A stretch of 64,000 bases of DNA, from positions 13,820,656 through 13,884,655 of the forward strand of contig NC_134030.1 in NCBI RefSeq assembly GCF_964204645.1. The letters are read 5' to 3'. Positions 12,613-26,908 of the stretch are shown here, piece after piece. The position numbers and the translations under genes are program-made. Positions within the stretch are counted from its first letter, which is position 1. Each line of letters starts with the position of its first letter. A model generated the notes under the pieces. The model was not told the origin of the DNA. It worked only from the letters and a program-made list of their open reading frames with translations, and did not search any database. Source of the DNA: Tubulanus polymorphus (taxonomy: Eukaryota; Animalia; Nemertea).

Positions 12613-12900
12613 GGAGGCGGGGTCTCAAATTCATATAAACTATTCACTGTGTGCGTTCTATCTCGTGGTATAAATGATTGAGCTTGCTGTCTAAGAGGCG
12701 GCGGTTCACGTGAATTATCCTGATAAACTGAACTTCCCCGGAAACGATCAAATCGATTATCAGCTGGTTGCCTCACTTGCGAATATTGTCGTTGCGGTAG
12801 ACGGTTGGAATTTGTCGGATTATTATAGTTTTGCCGTGGACTCCGACATTGTCGGGCGATATGACCACGACGACCACAATTATGGCATATTCGGCATCTT
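12600..12900 (-). pseudogene. gag: 3' remnant of gag (nucleocapsid CCHC zinc knuckle); rest of gag and 5' LTR missing
   Basis: CHNCGRRGHIARQC followed by an R/Q/N-rich tail. Sequence upstream of ~12900 has no gag character. Confidence 0.8.
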
Positions 12901-15845
12901 GATGTCATAAAAAGTGCTAGCAATGCTCCTAATAAGCAAAAGAATTGGGTCACTGGTTACCCTGATATTCAGACTTTGTATACTGGACATTTTCTGGTAG
13001 CTCATATTACTATTTTCATAACAGATATATTATTTTCAGTTTTATGGGTCTATCCATAGTCCCCACAAAAGGGTTCAGTCAGAAAATCAACAGAAAGTTT
13101 GCAATCTATCCTTAGAAAATATTCAATTCATTATGCTAACTACTATGCATCCGTAGTCAAAATCCGACATACTGATAACTAATGCCAAAGAGTTGAGCTA
13201 CTATCTGTGTTATTCTGTAAACTAGAATTTTTTTGCTCCCACTCAGGGCTATGATTGTAATATTAAACAATGACTTTGGTTACCTTGAAAGCAGGATCCC
13301 TTTTACTCTGTGAGTAATGAATCTTCGGATAATGACATTGACCCACACATAAATGTTTCATGTGTAAAATGTTCTAGAATGTTTCACCAGCATTAGTTTG
13401 AATACCATTATCCTATTATTCAGAAGAAGTTGTACACTTGTGTATTTCATGCATTTTCGGACATGCATTTCAAATAATAAGCGTAAAGCATGTGCGAATG
13501 GAAAGCTTATCCTTTTCACTGATGAAGACAATTATTTGTGCAGGGAAGCCAAAATTCAAAAGTCTTCTCAATCAGAACTATTGCAAAGTAAGCGTTTGAA
13601 ACTGATGTTAAGAGTCAACCGTAGCTCTTCAAATTTTTTCTTAAGTAAGTTGATCATTCATCCACTTACTCCAGATCCACTTAATCGAGATTTCCCGCTA
13701 ACTGGAAGAATGATCTGAATTAAGCAGACCATACTGTAATAATTTATGATTATTCGTATAGCCTATAGCGAGGTCTTTAAATTCAGTTTTCAGGTTTTTT
13801 TTCTATTTTTTGTGATATACAAGACCCAATTTTTGAAAATAAGTATTAATCTTTAGTCTTTAGTAAAAAATCTTTAGTACCACAATTTGGTTGGCTAAGG
13901 TTATATTCTAAGCAGATGGTGTCAAAATTTTAATTGCAACAAGTAGTTTTACCAACTTAATTAGTATTTAGTTGGGAACAAGTGCTGAGAAAAGCAGATT
14001 TCCAACTTGTTTTAGCAGGCAGCAGTCACTGTATATTATTAAGGTATTTAGGCCTAAGTGTAAAGTCTATCTCCTGAGGCTTGTGTAAAACGAGCATGTC
14101 TTCAGAGTACAGGATAAGGGCTGTTGCTAATTAGAACAAGAAATTGAGTATATAAAAGAAGGGGTAGGCCTACAGAGTATCATAGGTATCATACATACTT
14201 AGTGTGGCAACTAAGTGTGGCAAGGCAATAATAGAAATACTTCAGAGAAGAAAAACAAGAGGCTCAAGAATGAAAGTTTGTAATTTGGGATTACACATCA
14301 CCAAAAAAGTGTTGTTGATGCTCAAAGCTCCCGGTGCTTTTTATTTTCAAGGAATTCAATATGCTATCATATTTTATGGTAATATAGGAAAATTATTGGA
14401 TACACCCTATAAACCATTCAAGTTCAGGTTACCGATCTGTGTTACAGTAATCACATGCATACCAGTTCCCCATGAATTTCACCATAACCATAGGCCTGTT
14501 TCAAAATTACTGCTGCCTTATGGATTTGTAGGCAACATCAAAATAACTGGAAATCACGATAACCTTGGTAAAGTAAGTACATGTGTAATGACATACATCA
14601 GAGTATTGCTCATTGCAAAGGTATTTCAAAGGTTGCTCAAAAATAAGCTTATTGTACCCAGGAATTGTACTTTTAGCTTATAGCCTTTAGGTTTGATGTC
14701 TCAAATAACGAAGGTAATAATCTCCAGCCGGGTAAATATCCCCCTGGTAAAAATTGTCCCAATTTCAGTTTTCTATCAAACTAAAGTATAAAACCTAAAT
14801 GAAAAAAGATCATCTTTTTATCATGACATCCAGGAATACACGCACAGATATAATATCATTACTTTAAAACCATATTTCTTCATGGGAACAATATCATAGA
14901 TAGATAGGCAAGATTGGTCTGCAATTAAGAATTACTCTGAAGATCTGTAAAGGTCTTTGTCACAGAATGTAAGGGAATATCATCTGTGTTCTGAAAAGGG
15001 TACTCTGAAGACAAGGGTTTAAAAAAAGGGAAGCAGGTGACCAGCAGTCCCCCTACCTGTTATATAAAACCTGGGCGAATTCACTGTTGAATCTACAAGC
15101 AATAATAAACAAACCATACACTCTCATTCTTTCTAAGGCATTTTCATAATAAGTCACTGGGATTCATGAACGCTTTTCTCATTTACTTACAATTGCATTC
15201 TAAATTCAGTATCATTTATTTAAAGTACCTTAAGCTGGTAAGTATGCCTCAAGGCATGGTTCAAGGTGGTGTGAAAAACAACTCAATCCAAATTCCATCT
15301 ATATTCTATACACCATTATGCACAACAAATTCTACTATCAATAGAACTGCATAATTCATTATAACTGAGAAGGTGATATATAAATGGTATATATATAATT
15401 TTATGTCATTTGCTTTATTCTTTCTGGTAATCAAAGTTGCATTAAATGCTAAGTGCCAGGGGAAAATGCATTAGACCATCTACAGGCATAATCCCAGAGA
15501 CCAAATTCCCACATGCCATATTCCTACATGCAAATTACTATAAACCAAAATCCTACATGATTCCGATTCATGAATACCACATTCGAGTATTTTAGGGTAT
15601 ATCCTATGTATGTCATTATGTATAATATATAATAAAATATGAAGTATTTCATTCTCGAAGAATATCTTATAAGTTATATCAGTTATATCTAATATCTAAG
15701 CTGTAAAATTCTCAAATGTAAATAGTCAGTTTGACTATTAATAGTTTAGTTTAAATAAACAAATTCAATGAACCGACCTGTACCCCTAGAATCAGAATTT
15801 TTTCTCTACAGAAATAATTCTTTACTACACTTACGACGGGTACGC

Positions 15846-16562
15846 GGTAATAATGCCAGAGGTAAAAATGCCATAGGTAATAATGCCAGAGGTAAAAATG
15901 CTAGGGTGGTAAAAATTCCATTTTCATAAGAAACAAGTGTATCAAAACTTATAAACTATTCATCAAATTGTTGCTTTGCTGTTATGAATTACAGCAAACC
16001 CTCGTCAAAAACTTTTTGATTTTAATTATCATACCTATTACTATACCTAGAAATATGCTTTATCTGAACTGTGTATTAAATATGTAAACTCAAACTCTGA
16101 GCATTAATTTGTTAATATTCATAAATTTAGAAAAGCGTTGTATATCATGACTATGTTCGCTTTTTTTATTTCAATCATATAATCATATTTGATTTCCAAT
16201 GATCTAGAAATATTTCGGATCTCAATATCATCTTGTGCAAGAATATCATAAATTTTAATCAATTTCTTGCTATGTCACTTTATTTTATAAATTTGTCATT
16301 CATTTTTTAATTTTTATGATCATAGGAATATGTTTTGTATATCTAAACTGTGCTTTCATTACGAAAAAGCTAGTATAAATAAGAATATCACGTCCAATGT
16401 TAATAAATTCTTCGCTTAATTTCCATCATATTTCCTTCTGGCATTTTTACCTCTGGCATTTTTACATATGAAGTTATTTTTCCTCTGGCATTTTTACCTC
16501 TGGCATTTTTACTTCTGGCATTATTACCTATAGCATTTTTACCTCTGGCATTATTACCTGGA
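15846..16562. mobile_element. Non-autonomous foldback/MITE with TIRs built from tandem ~15-bp subrepeats
   Basis: Left (ggtaa[t/a]aatgccaga)n at 15846-15920; right (tctggcatt[t/a]ttacc)n at 16437-16560. Confidence 0.75.
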
Positions 16563-16997
16563 TTCCTTTCGATGACCTATTGTACATTCATGTTATCGAA
16601 GGAATGAATAACTGTCATCTCGAGCTAATAAAGTAATGTTGATTTCCAAGGGATCAGTCGAACCAAATGCACCTGAGAACACCCAAATGACCATGGTACC
16701 AAGTGATAATACAACTAACAACACATCCTGTACCTGACTGAGCAGTTGATTTTGGGTCCGTATCGCCAATGCTCATCGTAGGTTCTCAGCGAAATAAGTT
16801 TGGGGGGATTCGGTTCAAACAACACCATGCTCATTTGGGAAATGGTGAAAAGCTTGACAGTGCAATAATCAAAGTATTGAACACTTCCTTCGATGTAATA
16901 CGACAAGCCATTAAGTAGCAGTGTTGTCATAATGGGAAACACAGAATCGCTGAATTTTCCAAAAACACAGAATTTTCACCATAATTATATAGTAACC

Positions 16998-17838
16998 CAG
17001 TGTTCTCCATTAGGGGTTTTTAAGGGGCAGCCCGCCCTTTAATTTTCATGTTCGCCCCTGTAAAAATTGTCCGCCCTTATGAAAAGATTGCTGCCCCTGT
17101 AGCTGACATCGTTTGAAAATCCGTCAGTGACGATCTTCGGTTTAATATCACCAGCGATTATTTTCTCCTACACACAAACATTACAGGTATGTCAATAATT
17201 GTATGAATAGTAAGTCAGAAAAACGCTTCATGCCATAAAAACTTATTACATATGTCAATAATTGTAGAGACGGCTCATGCACAGAGCCACACAGCACTGC
17301 ACAGGTAGGCCTATAAATATCCTGGGATTTCCCGGTATGTTAAAAATTAAAAAAATCAATGAGCACGAAAGTCATAATAAGTTAAACACTGCTGAACTCA
17401 GCTGCTGAATTAACGAAACCTGTGGCCTTAATTTTTCAAGTCTCAATGCCCGTACAAATACTTTTATTATGATTAGCAAAATATTTTTCAAACAGCAGGT
17501 AACCAAATGGAAATGAATAAATGCTCATTGAGCTTTATTGACAAATCTAGCTATATGAATGGAAGAACATTTTATGCACGTAGGATTACCAATCTCCATC
17601 CGAAAGGTGCTTCAAGCAAACTGCCGACGATCGATTTCTAGCCAAAGGCTATTAAAATTACCAAACTTAAACTAGTTGATTATGACCCAAAATACTGGAA
17701 AACGCATCTGAGCACCTACAAATAGACAATTTTTACAGGGGGAGGGCCCCCATTCCCTATTAGTGCTTGTGCCCTCTTGTGCCCTCGTTTTCTTAGTACG
17801 TACCGCCCCTACGAATTTTTTTTCAATGGAGAACACTG
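16998..17838. mobile_element. MITE with 14-bp perfect TIR (hAT-like termini)
   Basis: CAGTGTTCTCCATT ... AATGGAGAACACTG, with subterminal CGCCCC motifs. No clean 8-bp TSD. Confidence 0.7.
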
Positions 17839-18624
17839 TAACTGGGTTTTCCCACAAGGATACCCGCTGTCGGACAAGTCATCAGACCAATTGATGTGTC
17901 AACTCCGAATCCCACTATTTGCACGCAATTTGCCAGTTGCCACCTGCAGCAGCAGTCAGATAGTTGGAAAAAGAGACCGGCACCAGAGGGCAAACATCGC
18001 GTATCGAAGTTAATCGAATATTTGCAAACTTATTCCAACCGAATATTATTAGTTCAGGGAATGACCAGGAATGACCACGGTTGCAGTATGTCGGGTCGTA
18101 GGTTCAGATGGCTGCAAATTGCAATCTGCTATTTTCGCCTGATATCATCATTTTGGGATATTTCTCTTGTTGATCGTTTGACCACATACCTCAAATTGGA
18201 CTTTTAAATTAAAGGCTTATCAGTGGTCACAACGCAGAACTCGATGCGGTCTACCCCCGACGCACTGCCTTTTATTCTCCATTTTTCTTGTAGGGAACTA
18301 TGGTTGGTTTGTTGAGTGACGATGATGATTTATTATCGCATACCGGGTAGTGGAAATGAAAATATGCATCCAGAGCGTTGTCCAACAAACGGTATCCTGG
18401 CAGGAAAACTCAGTTATTACTTAAAATGAAAATGAAGAAATTCAATTTTTTTTAATTCTGTGATTCCGCGAAATGACAACACCGATTAAGAAATACATGC
18501 CTAAGAATTGAAATTAACTAAGAATAAAGATAGACATGTTTAAACTAAATCTAAAGACAAACCATCAATATCTGCAAAATAATAAGTTCCTAAAAATATT
18601 TTTATTCCATCAGAATAGATACTC

Positions 18625-18878
18625 CTATAGAATTAAATACAATAGCCCAAAGAGTGCATAGGCAAAAAGGAAGATTGAAAAAATTGATGACTTACGTTTA
18701 TCAAAATGACTCGGTTTTCCATAGTGAAAATTTGATGTATCTTGGTCTTGCAGTGATTTCACAAGTGGTTCGTGTGGATGCATGAAATTCTCTTTCGGGT
18801 ATCCCTTAAACCTGTAACTCTGTTCTTTCAATATTTCCTCTCTAGTTGGTGAAAAGCGACCAATATCACGCGGTGCAT
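18625..18878 (-). CDS. Possible terminal coding exon of an unidentified host gene with a hydrophobic C-terminus
   Basis: Acceptor ttgactaagtttatttattcctttgtAG|, open frame ending SSIFSIFLFAYALFGLLYLIL*, AATAAA ~20 nt after the stop. Confidence 0.45.
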
Positions 18879-19209
18879 CTACAAAGGAATAAATAAACTT
18901 AGTCAAAAAGCAGCCTTAAGTCTCAGCCGTCTTAGGATTCTTTATGCGATTTAGGCTATGTCTTATATATTATTTTGCAGATTATTTTTCTATCAAACAA
19001 AAATCTGTTATTTGTGTATTTCATCACGATATAGTTTTAAAATAGCAGGCATCTTGTACTTTAAGGTAAAATCCTTAATACATAGATGAAACAATCCCGC
19101 AATCGAATTTGATACAATAAGATCTATTAAAATCAAACCACTGCGTTGCATCTGTTGACTAACAGCCATGGCAAGACGCCGAGTGGATGAAGTCCATGGG
19201 TTGACATCA

Positions 19210-20443
19210 CACCCCCAGAATTGAACACATGGTTAGGCCTTCTACTAACCATGGGATTGGTACAAAAAAGGGACGTTTCATATTAAAAGGACAATTCATA
19301 TTGGGGGAAGATGTGGCTGACACGGACCCCATCATTCAGTAAAACTATGCTGTTTCTGAGATTTTCGAGATTATGAGATACCTTCATTTCGCTGATAATG
19401 ACTCTGAGCGTCGTGAAATCTCAGTCGACGAAACAATGATAAAATTCAAGTGCCGCCTTGGATTGAAACTGTACATAAAGAATAAGCACACTAAGTGGGG
19501 GATAAAGTTGTTTCTAGCTGCTGTGTCAGTAACTGGTTACGTTTTGAATTTCATCCCCTATACCGGTCAACGTTTACAAACCGATGTAGGCAAAACTACT
19601 CAATCAGTTCTCGATGTCGCGACTGTTTATCTGAACAAAGGGTATTTTGTGTTTACTGACAACTATTATACTAGCCCTGAGCTTAAAATGTGTTAGAACT
19701 AAAGAAAACTCTTCTTTCTTGAACTGTTAATTCAAATCAAAAAGGACTACCAACAACTATGGGGAAGTCTTGTGCAGACGTTAAAAAATTGAAAGTCGGT
19801 GAAAGCCTAAAAAAATGAATGGTTACATTTTGGCGATAAGCTGGAGAGATAAGCGTATTGTAAATCTGCTGACCATGAAATGTGATCAAGAAATTACCAG
19901 GATAACTAAACGGGGTGCTGAGAGATTATCAAACAAAAAGCAATTGTTTTGTATAATACATATATGGGTGGGGTCGACCTATCTGACCAGCGTGTATCAT
20001 TGTACCGTAGACAAGTCCAGGACCTGGTATAAGCAATTGGTTTTTCACTTATTTCAGCTTTCACTAGTACAAGCCTATATTGTGCACAGTGAGCTGTATC
20101 CTGCATCAGATATGAAAGAATTTGACATTTTCTCGGATGTAGCCAACGAGCTTGTGGGTGGTCGTACATTCACTTTCAAAAGGGTCAACCAGTAGAAACA
20201 CCCGATGAGCGCCGCATGAACAGACAGCTTGAACATGTACCAGTCCACAAGTGTATTGCGCACCTTCAACCAGTAGAAACATGTTACATATGCTGTGAAT
20301 GTAAAAAACGAATGTGTCCTGATCCCTGTTCTCGGTGGTACCATTATCTGGCTAAGTACGACTTTGATGATCCTGCAAAACAGGGGGCAGCACCAGTAAG
20401 GAAAAAAGAAAATAAACAATTGAATTGTTTGCTTTTGGTTTGA
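19210..20443 (+). pseudogene. piggyBac (PGBD4-like) transposase, decayed and internally deleted
   Basis: RYLHFADN, ISVDETMIKFKCR, KWGIKLF, VFTDNYYTS, WRDKRIV, YMGGVDLSDQ (shifted frame), WYKQLVFH, and C-terminal Cys-rich CCECKKRMCPDPCSRWYH. Confidence 0.9.
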
Positions 20444-20894
20444 TAATTTGGCTTTATTAGTTTATAAACTCATTATTATTGTTATATAGTGACACGTTGA
20501 ACAAAAAACAGTGACTTTACATGAAAACAAAAATTCATTGTTTTTACTCATTAGTTTATTTCGGGAAATATTTCACTGATAAGAAATAATTGTGTGTTAA
20601 AGCAAATAATCACCAAGTATTTAATATATTTGTAGGTTTGTTGATATATTATGGTTCTCCACATGTGTAGAATTATGTATGTATGTTATTTGGTGATAAA
20701 ATAATAAATTTACAAAGGCATATTTCTTCAAACAATTTGTTGTATTCCATGGTATCCTCCTAATGGGAATATTTGTCATGAACTTTGAAATTTCATCCCT
20801 GTGTGGTAGACATTTACGATCTCTAACAGAAAAACATAACCTTTGTGGACCTGAATGCAATTGTCTATTTAGAGCTATAAATCGGATCCGTTTT

Positions 20895-23812
20895 CTACTA
20901 TCTGCGATCACGTAATGACTTTTTGCGCGAGTTGTTACTTCGCGCAGAATAAACCTGCGCAAGCTGTGATGAACAGGTGCGCGAGTTGTGATGAACAGAT
21001 TTTACTTTACTCAATTGATTATGCAGGAACTGTTAAAACATCAATATTAATAAGAGTAAGATTTTCCACTATTTGAATTTGTCAAGAAGCGATATTTAGA
21101 TACGTTGTTATTTGTAAATTATCGCTAAAAAGTAAAGATTTGATGGTTATGATTTTATATGCCTAATGACGATGATTATATTGATGTAGTGTATCAAACT
21201 TGTAAATTGTAGTGTATCAAAATAGTGATACGGTACGTGAAAAGTAGCTTAATTACCTTTATCTGTTTATTAATCCTAATGTCATGAAATAATCCTGGTC
21301 TTGTTATATGATTACATTAGTGTATTCCAACATGTGCCCAAGACGATGTCCTAACGTAAACTGAACGGTTCTGTTCTGGCCCAAGCTTATATTTTATTAA
21401 TTCTATCGCGCGCACGAACTTTATTACATTTGATTGTGCGCGCGAACTTAAAGCCCGGCGCACACGAGGCAAATTTTAGTCGTCGGGTTGCGACCGATTT
21501 TATCTCACGAAATGCCGCACACCTCGTTGAAATATCTAAAAATATTAACCATTTTTTATCACTTTCACTTATCCACAAAGAATAACCGCATATCCTGATT
21601 TCTTCAAAAATTTCTCAGCATACTTCGTTGCCATATGCCACGCATGTCATAGGTCTACAGTCATCTTTTTTGAGTCTGTATCCATGTCGTTAATCATTGG
21701 TCGTTGAGCGTTGGTCGTTTTCCGTTGTAAATGATGTTGTAAGTGATGTTAAGTGTTTGAAGAATCAAAGAATACTGTTTAATGTGCTGAGAAATTGCAG
21801 ATTTTTATACGGTACTTCTATCATTGTCTTCAGAGTTTTAAGAACAATTAGTTTACACAGCTCTTCTAGATACAATGACTATTAAGAAATTAGGGTTCCT
21901 GGTACGATTGGCAAACATTGTGCCAGTATTTTAAAATAAATGGGCGAATGGGATTACTATTTAGGCACATGCCACAATTTCTGCTTCGTTAAACATTTTG
22001 GCTACTTATTGTAAGAATTACTCGCATTTGAAACTAAAAGAATACCGGTATCGATAATAATGATTTCTTTGTTCGTTACCTCAGGTGCCAACACTGGACC
22101 GGTACTTAGTTTAAAAATGCATTTACATAGTAGTTTATACTAGACTTATAATTAGTTAACGGCAGAAATTTATAATAAATGTGTATATACATAGTAATCA
22201 AGTTATATCCAGTCAGGCGTATTCCATCCGACGGCGCCAGGTGCCTTCAGAAAATGATGCCGGTCTGCTCTCCTTCTCAACCGCACCAAAGAGATTACAT
22301 ACCATTTTTCCAACCCTCGAATTCATTTATTTTAACTTATCCAATGATCACAATTCCCATAATGAACGGTATTTAATTTTGTGTTAATAGTAATATACAA
22401 TATAAGCCGAAATATCATCTTTCTTATTTATGTTCTTTATCATAATTAGTACATTCAAATTTAAACACACAAACTTTTAATAATTAAGATAATAAAACTC
22501 TTTAATATTACTCTTTAATATTACTCCTTAATAATCGATTTATCAGACTAAGGGTCAGCGAGTGTTTCATAAAGTATATTTCATAATTGCTCATTTCCAC
22601 GAATTCTTCTCATGACTACAGCGCCGTAATTACCTTCAGATGATTTAGATTGCTCGCCTGATACAAGTATGAATGTTTCAGACAAACAACCATCAAGGCG
22701 GATAATGTATTATCTTGCATAACGAAACAATGCATGTATTCTCCCAGGACATACCAAGAAACCTACGTATATAAATGGATTGATCTTTTTGAGAATACAA
22801 TTCAGCTGCGAATCAATGACTTATCTATTGACCTAAAAGACAATTTTAATAATTAGATTAATGCAAATGATAAATATCAAATATAATCATATGTATATAA
22901 TGCAGGTAGGAGAACGAATTTTTGGCAAAAAATTAGGGCTTCCTTAAATTACAAATAGAAATGCTGACGAACTCATTTTCTTAGCTGTCGGGTCTAAAAA
23001 TTACTTGTTTGTATAATTATCTAAATACTTTATACATAAGTGCCCGGCTATGTGTAAAATAAACTTGGGGAAAATGAGAAATTAGGTATAATTTTTTGTC
23101 CTATATCCCGCAATAAATGAATCCAAAAACTAGAAAATGCTAACTACAGACCACTAAAAGATACAGTGAAATCTTTTTTCCCTTCAATCTGTGGGTGTTT
23201 AACATTAACGTTTAACGTGTTATTTTGATATTTTTTTATATACATGTATAATGTTTAGTCAAAGTGTTTACACGTGTATGACTTCATTAGTAATGAACAA
23301 AATTGTTATTTAAAACTCGTCTTTTCTCTCGATCAGTATACGTGTATTTAATGTTCTCTGCTAAAATGTTTGTAGATATCTCGCATATGTACGCTAACAA
23401 TTCCAAACACAAGCAATTTATACTCGTTTATTGTCACTCACGTTACACGTATTCAACTCTTGTCATAGGTAATTAATTACCCCTAGTTTGTTTTGCTTTT
23501 TTAATCCTCTTAGTTTGCTTCTGTCCTAATTACTTACATTTGTGGCGGACTTCGTTTTTTTTTGTCTGTTTGTCATTGTCGAGAAATCCTTTGAAAAAAA
23601 TTGTCACTTTTATCCCGCTCGCCCGAAAAATCATTGCACTAATTAGAGGTGAAATAAAATCCACGCGCCCGCAACGGAAGTCTTAGATAGTACGAAGTAC
23701 CGGGTCTAATTACCTCGCGCAACTGATCATGAAAATATCCTAGCTGCGCAAAGTAACAAATCGCGCAACTGCTCATTACGCGATCGCGTAACTGGTTCGC
23801 GCAGATCGTCAG
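20895..23812. mobile_element. ~2.9-kb segment bounded by diverged long inverted repeats (non-autonomous DNA transposon)
   Basis: tgcgatcacgtaatgactttttgcgcgagttgttacttcgcgcag (20903-20947) is the inverted counterpart of ctgcgcaaagtaacaaatcgcgcaactgctcattacgcgatcgcg (23744-23788). Confidence 0.6.
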
Positions 23813-24796
23813 TTTCTGATCTTTACATACCTGCTATTTACGATAAGTATTTTACCGGGACACTGTTGGCAAAAATAACCCCATTAGAAATAAGTAAAGT
23901 ACCCAAAAGTAAAAAGAAAATAGAAAAGTGCTAAAGGGTTAAGCATAAGAAAATACTAGTTGACCAAAGGCCCTGATGCTCGATATAAAAAAGCTCGACA
24001 AAAAATTAGGCACGGTTGGCCTATGGATTGAGATTGAATGCAATAAAAGGGAATGAGAATTTTGAGAAAGAAAGAATCATTTTAGCCAGGTCCATTTTCA
24101 ATCCACACTATCGATAAAACGTCAGTACGTAATTACCAGGTATTCACTTGACCTTTTTAACAAATAATGTTTAGGTTTACATTGATATCTGGTGGATTTG
24201 TCCGCAGTAGATAAACTCGGCGGGAAGCGTTTCTTAAGGGACACATTATTTTCATATCATCTCGATAATAGAAAAACGCAAAGCAGAAACAAATTCCATA
24301 AAGGACCATGGGTCCAGAAGGATCAACTGAGCTAGTAGATTTAACTTGAGCACAAAAATCAATTTGTTCGCAGATTTCCAATAACATATTCTGATGAAAT
24401 CATGGTGCGCTGTGTAGTAAGCATCTTCAATTTTGAAGATATACATGGTAAGGGGTTTTCCTTATGACTCCCTAGCACTGAACTGAATTGAACGGGAAGT
24501 CTTTCCCAATGTCATTTTCTACTTGACACAGCAGTTATCTGTAGTAATGCGCAGTCGACACAAAACTTATGTAGTATATAGAAAAGATATTTATGAATTC
24601 TTTGTTCTTGCCACCAGGGGAGTTAAACATTGAATACTATACGATTTTTCTATTTCCATAGGTACTTATGCATATTTTGTAATCACAAGCAATTGCTAAG
24701 TTATAGCTTATGACATTTTCTATTATTGTTATTGTTGTGAGTTTCGATATCATTGATTTTGGTACATGGTAACCAGGGGACGTTGAAGAGTAGAAA

Positions 24797-24925
24797 TTCT
24801 TCCGAAAGAATATTCCAATTGCTACATATATTGTGTGCACGAAAAAGCATCGTGTTGATAAGACATCGTGTTGCTTTTTCGTGCATACAATATATGCAGC
24901 AAATTGGAAAATTCTTTCGGAAGAA
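24797..24925. repeat. ~130-bp imperfect palindrome (hairpin MITE), next to a reversed HINE core unit (24640-24790)
   Basis: ttcttccgaaagaatattccaattgc...gcacgaaaaagca / tgctttttcgtgc...gcaaattggaaaattctttcggaagaa. Confidence 0.7.
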
Positions 24926-25745
24926 CTTGATTTTCTTAAGAAATTATTCAAACTTAATGGTTATCCTAGCCATGTTTTTGATCACTGCGTTAAAAGATTT
25001 CTCGACTCTTAATTCGTTACCCAGCCTAAAACCGTCGATGAGAATAAAGTTTCTCTTTTCATTTCCATACCCAATGTGGGTTTCCCGTCTATTCTATATG
25101 CTCAAAAATTAAAGAAACTGTTCAAATCGAATTTTGAAACAGACCTTCAATGTTCGTTCGTAACCACTAAGATTAAGAATTTCTTTTCACTTAAAGGCTG
25201 AGGAGCAGTATTAAAGCCGACTCAGTTGTCAGACTACCCATATCACGTGATACAATCCGTTACCATGGAGCTCTGCCACTCTAGTACACATTTTACAGTT
25301 TCTCTGAAACTAGGCCAATTTCATTGATTCTTTTTGTCAAGGAGGTGTATGAATCCATGCCTGGGCAGATCCAACAGTCAAATCTGAGCTAAATCTAGCC
25401 AATTATGAAATTAAGCCGTTTCTTTGGAAGTTTTCATGGGTATTTTAAATAGGTGATTGACAGAGTAGGCGGGATTTAGTACTGTCTATAGTTGGCACTT
25501 GCTCCACTTCCACAGCTGTGCGTTTAATTCATAACCACAGCACAGAAAATGATATTCATAACGCATATAGATTACCTTTCAAATTTCATAAAAATCGGTT
25601 GAAAATTGACGAAAATAGAAATTTCATTTTAATTTTGCCTCATTTATTGAAAAAATTAAAAATCACTACTCATTCTATCCAGGTATGTTTCCGTTTTATA
25701 GCATATGTATGAATTAATGAGGTTTCATTAGTAAGTTAGTTTTTT

Positions 25746-26908
25746 TCATTGCCACTTGTGGCCCATATAGTCCTGATGCTCAGGATTCGGGAACCACTCT
25801 CGCACACGCTTAATTACACATTCAGATAAGATATCTCGGCGATGCCACACACAATTTTTCTTGTTTGGCCTAATCTGGAGAAAATACATTTTCTTAGTCT
25901 TATATCTATTATCCATAAATGCATCCCTATGAAACAACATAGTCCAAAACTTCTTGTAAACAGATTTTCTTCGTCTGTGGTTCAACCCATGCGGTTGTCC
26001 AGGCTCACCCTCCCACCATAACTGCTTATTTGACATATCTGTTACCGCATTTTCCGGCCAATAAGCCGATTTTCTAGCCTCAGATTTTTACCCAAAATAT
26101 CGTGATCGGCTTATTGGGCGGATAAGATCTGACATAAAAAATCACTTCCCGATCTATGCCACTCTAATGCTCTCAATGATCGTCAAAATCAAGAAAAGTG
26201 GTCGATATTTATTTGAGGTCATTATTTACAACCAATTATAATCTATTTTGAACTATTTTATTTTTACTTTGATTGTTCCATCACCGCACAGCGGCAATGG
26301 TATACATTTTTATTACGCGCGAGTTCATCGTACTACCACGTGTCAGTTCATACATTAGTATATATGCAAATCAGCAGTGAGCCGCGTACTGCGTGTATGG
26401 CTGTGTGTATAGTAATCAGCTGAGTGAGCCTATATATAGCACAGTCACTCGGCGATGATAGTATACACAGCACTCTCACACATCGGCGGGCGCTACTGTC
26501 AGCCTCTTAAATCGTCAATTAAGACGAACTAATTGACAAATCAGTGAATTAAAATCTCTGATGAAGGGCCTCCGCTTATTGGGCGAAGCTTTATGAAATC
26601 CATGTATTTTAGGCTAAAAAACTGCCCTCGGCTTATTGGCCGGAAAATACGGTATGCATGGTCGACAGTAATACAATTCACTCTGGCGCTTCAGGATTTT
26701 GTCCAATCTGAAAGTGGCTTTCGTCTTCATATCCCATTTCTTGTGTCACTTCTTCAATATCCTAGCCATTAAAACTCATAAAACCCTTGATGATTTCTTC
26801 TTGTTCATGGGTTACTCTGATAAATAAGGTATGTTTTTGTTCCTTTTCATTTGTCTCCATCATTATTGGACTACCAGAATCATGTTCGTTTGCTGCTGAT
26901 TCAGCCAT
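25746..26908 (-). pseudogene. Kolobok accessory ORF (KolX-like / P2X7 ballast-like Cys-rich domain), interrupted by a MITE
   Basis: ATG 26908 MAESAANEHDS... Removing the MITE joins YCRPCI|TDMSNKQLWW...NHRRRKSVYKKFW...RDILSECVIKRVREWFPNPEHQDYMGH. The C-terminal pattern resembles the P2X7 C-terminal domain (recalled, not searched). Confidence 0.65.
26045..26652. mobile_element. Tc1/mariner-type MITE with TA TSD
   Basis: TA|CCGCATTTTCCGGCCAATAAGCCGA ... TCGGCTTATTGGCCGGAAAATACGG|TA. Confidence 0.9.

Noticed and set aside
12900-14700. ORFs 13398-13718 and 14204-14683 and scattered splice-like sites
   Set aside because: No recognisable domain and no consistent exon chain.
16620-18210. GC-richer coding-like sequence flanking the 17-kb MITE
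   Set aside because: All frames are interrupted and no family motif was recognised.
23925-23942. AAAGGG|TTAA as the right end of the piggyBac at 19.2-20.4 kb
   Set aside because: Plausible, but no matching TTAA|CCCTTT left end was found, so the element boundary cannot be supported.
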